Both the position numbers and the translations under genes were made by a program. Positions 61,405 to 64,000 of a stretch of 64,000 bases of DNA are shown here, in pieces. Numbering within the stretch: the first letter of the stretch is position 1; each line of letters begins with the position of its first letter. Source of the DNA: Pocillopora damicornis (lineage: Eukaryota); the NCBI RefSeq assembly GCF_003704095.1, contig NW_020843530.1, positions 1 through 64,000 of the forward strand, written 5' to 3'. The notes under the pieces are model-generated. The model did no database searches and was not told where the DNA came from. It saw nothing but the letters and a program-made list of their open reading frames with translations.

Positions 61405-64000
61405 GTAAGTAATTCTCCTTTTCATTACCTTTTTTTCCCGATTGAAATTGCGAAAATAGCGCCGGAAACTTTGGTTGCTAAAAGCATTCTTTTATATTTT
61501 GATGAATTCACGCTACCTTCACGTGAAATTGTGCAACCTTTGGCCCAGTTTATCCAAAGACAAATATTTCTGTCAAAATTCAGACTTCTTTCATTTTGGT
61601 GTAAGGTCGTTTGGAGTATGATTTAAAATTTTTCACTGGTAGGCTTCAGTAGAAAAATTATGCTGTGCTAAACTTGTGAAAGCCTTCTCTGTTGGTGTTG
61701 AAACCAAAATTATAAAACGGAACTTCTTTCGACAAAATCGCTCTATAGGCTAAGTCAATTCCCCTCGTACTGAGACAAATCCTCTGCAAAAACACAAACT
61801 TGCTCAGCTTACACTAAGCCATCCAAAGGGGTGTAGAATATCAAGTTGTTCATTTGCTATTTTTTTCAATGTTAAAATCGAATTAAAAGAGCAGACAAAT
61901 TTTTCGACTCTAGAAAGTAGAAAAAGGGATTGATAAAATCAACTCATGCGGTAATTTCAAACGCCCTTTGTGTGACAAATCTAAGGATGTTTCCAGCCAA
62001 AGCAGACTGCCTACAAGCTGGCACGCAATCGCCACATCTTTCGTATGAACACCGTAGCGCGTAAAGTATATACTTTGTAAAAGGGAAGTTGCCAAATTAA
62101 GATAAAAATCTACAAGAAGTTTTTTCCTCTTAGTCATGAACATCATTCCTCGAATCTAATTGTTTTTCCCAAACGTTTTCATGTTAGACAACGCTCACGC
62201 GCAAGTTTTAATCCATCTAATAAGTTGAAAGAGGTTAAGAATTTGGACAGCGAGACATGCCGAAAGGTTTTTAAAACTTTAAAACTGCACGTAGTATCAT
62301 ATGGGTATTGTCATTTAAAGGGGTTATCCAAAATCTCAATATACTTTCCGTCAAGAAAGTTAGAAGGTGAGTTATGTGGTTTAGATTTAGGAAATATCTT
62401 TCCTAGAGGTTATTTCATCAACTTCCGTTTTAGTCTTGACCTCTTAGGCAATATGGTTAAAGTCGATCAAAATCCTTCGAAATTTTCTCTCCAATATGGT
62501 ATATATAGTTGAATAAATTCAAAGTTAGATATTACGAGACGAAAGTAAAGTAAGGTACAGTTTCAGTTGATTAATGTAAGCTCCAAAATGATCATGGATA
62601 TGAAAAGCCCGAAAAGATTATCCTCTGATGAGGGAGTTATTTTAAGTCGTCAGATTCTTGTGCTAAATGGATTAGCATACGGCATTTACATCTGAGAATT
62701 TGCGGTTTTTCCGAAATCTTTACAAGGAACATGAAAGTTAAGAGTATATCGAGGTGTTATTCTTAAAACTCGATCGTTGAGTAGATAGAGCTGTCACGAA
62801 AATAAAGATCAAAACGAAAACGAAACCTCACCTTACACTTAAAGTTGTAAGCCAAAACATGCATTTACAAATAAAAGACGCAGAGGATTAACAAGGATTA
62901 CCCAGAGATAAGGGAAAACTCTTTGGGGCCTGTAACCTGGATTCAAGTTCCTAGTTTTAGACAGATATCAAGTTTATCGAACACAAGTCAGATTATTCTC
63001 ATCCTTCCATGACAGAAATATGACAGAAATACAAAAAAATCTCGGAAAAACGTTTCCTGAAAAATTTAAGAACCATTAGAATAAGAGAAAATCTTGTTAC
63101 AAGTTGTAGTTATATATTTGACAGAATTGTTAATAATAGAAGTAGAACGTAATATAGGTTCTAAGATCTTTAAGAGGAAAGTAAAGTTGTTGAAGATCAC
63201 CCATTCTTCCTGGAACTGGACGCGTTTAACGAGCTTCGGTGGTATTCTAATTCAAATATTAATTTTCTGTCTAAATCTACTTAGATCCAGAACTTTCCGT
63301 ACATCAAAAAATCAGACAATTCTAAGCTGTTTAACCAAGAGATCCCTTGGTTTAACGAATCGGTCATTTTAGCGCTAAACTTTATTGACTGCACGCAATC
63401 AAGTAGTTTACTTGACGAAATTACATAATAATAGCAATGCTGAAAGGGAATTGCAAATGATCACTTTTGTCTCAAGCGTTGCCACGTCAACTCGCATATT
63501 GAAATTTTCTTCATTTTCAGAATCCCAATGTTTAGTTTAAATCTTCTAGATAGATATGTTCACTAGGTTTTTTTAATGGTTTGTTATTTGAAGATTTTCT
63601 TCCATACTATAGGAATTCTCCGTAGCAAAAGAAAATTGGAATTATCTTTACCTAACTCTTATAACATTCGAGCTTAAGGATTTCTTGTCTTGTTACTGAT
63701 CTCATGTCACACGCATGTTCTGTCATTTCCAGCATCTTTTTTTGAACAGTATATGTGAGCGCTTTGTAAACCCCCTCCCCATGAATAGTCCCATTCTTCA
63801 GTCAGCTAATGTAATTGCAACAGAGTTCAGGGGCGTTTCTATTTTGTCATCTTAACAATTCATAATCGTAAAAATCGGTCATTTCATGGCAAGACACACA
63901 GCTGGTGGTTAAAAGTTTGTTCCCTTACAACTTAAACTCCAGTCTCGCAATTTATATCATACATTTTAAGTTAATTTATCTTCTTCGTCTTCGTGGTCGT

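Overview
AT-rich eukaryotic draft-scaffold DNA with spliceosomal introns and seven N-gaps (1008-1108, 6782-6881, 13716-13815, 25325-25604, 25851-26133, 40948-41047, 43260-43359). The repeat families look anthozoan (stony-coral-like); this is an inference, not a search result. Host genes: the 5' end of a retinol-dehydrogenase-type SDR (minus strand) head-to-head with exon 1 of a CYP4-like P450; a 4-exon gene for a 221-aa secreted, Cys-patterned protein of unknown function (24758-31559) that includes a 33-nt micro-exon; an intact single-coding-exon NXPE/PC-esterase-like SGNH gene (49997-51451); a signal-peptide first exon near 61.3 kb; and a frameshifted rhodopsin-class GPCR pseudogene. Much of the rest is decayed mobile DNA: Harbinger, nested CR1/L2 LINEs, a tyrosine-recombinase retrotransposon with split direct repeats, a Polinton/Maverick-type integrase, an R4/Dong fragment, Crypton-like relics, TTAA MITEs and a Gypsy provirus with both LTRs and its TSD. 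Two signals missed by the ORF track stand out. (i) A ~3.5-kb head-to-tail array of about 17-20 diverged tRNA-like units at 51.7-55.2 kb, whose consensus has Pol III A box, B box and a T-run terminator. (ii) Two tandem histone H4 relics, each with its 3' stem-loop, next to the Polinton-type integrase. All calls come from reading the sequence by eye; no searches were run.
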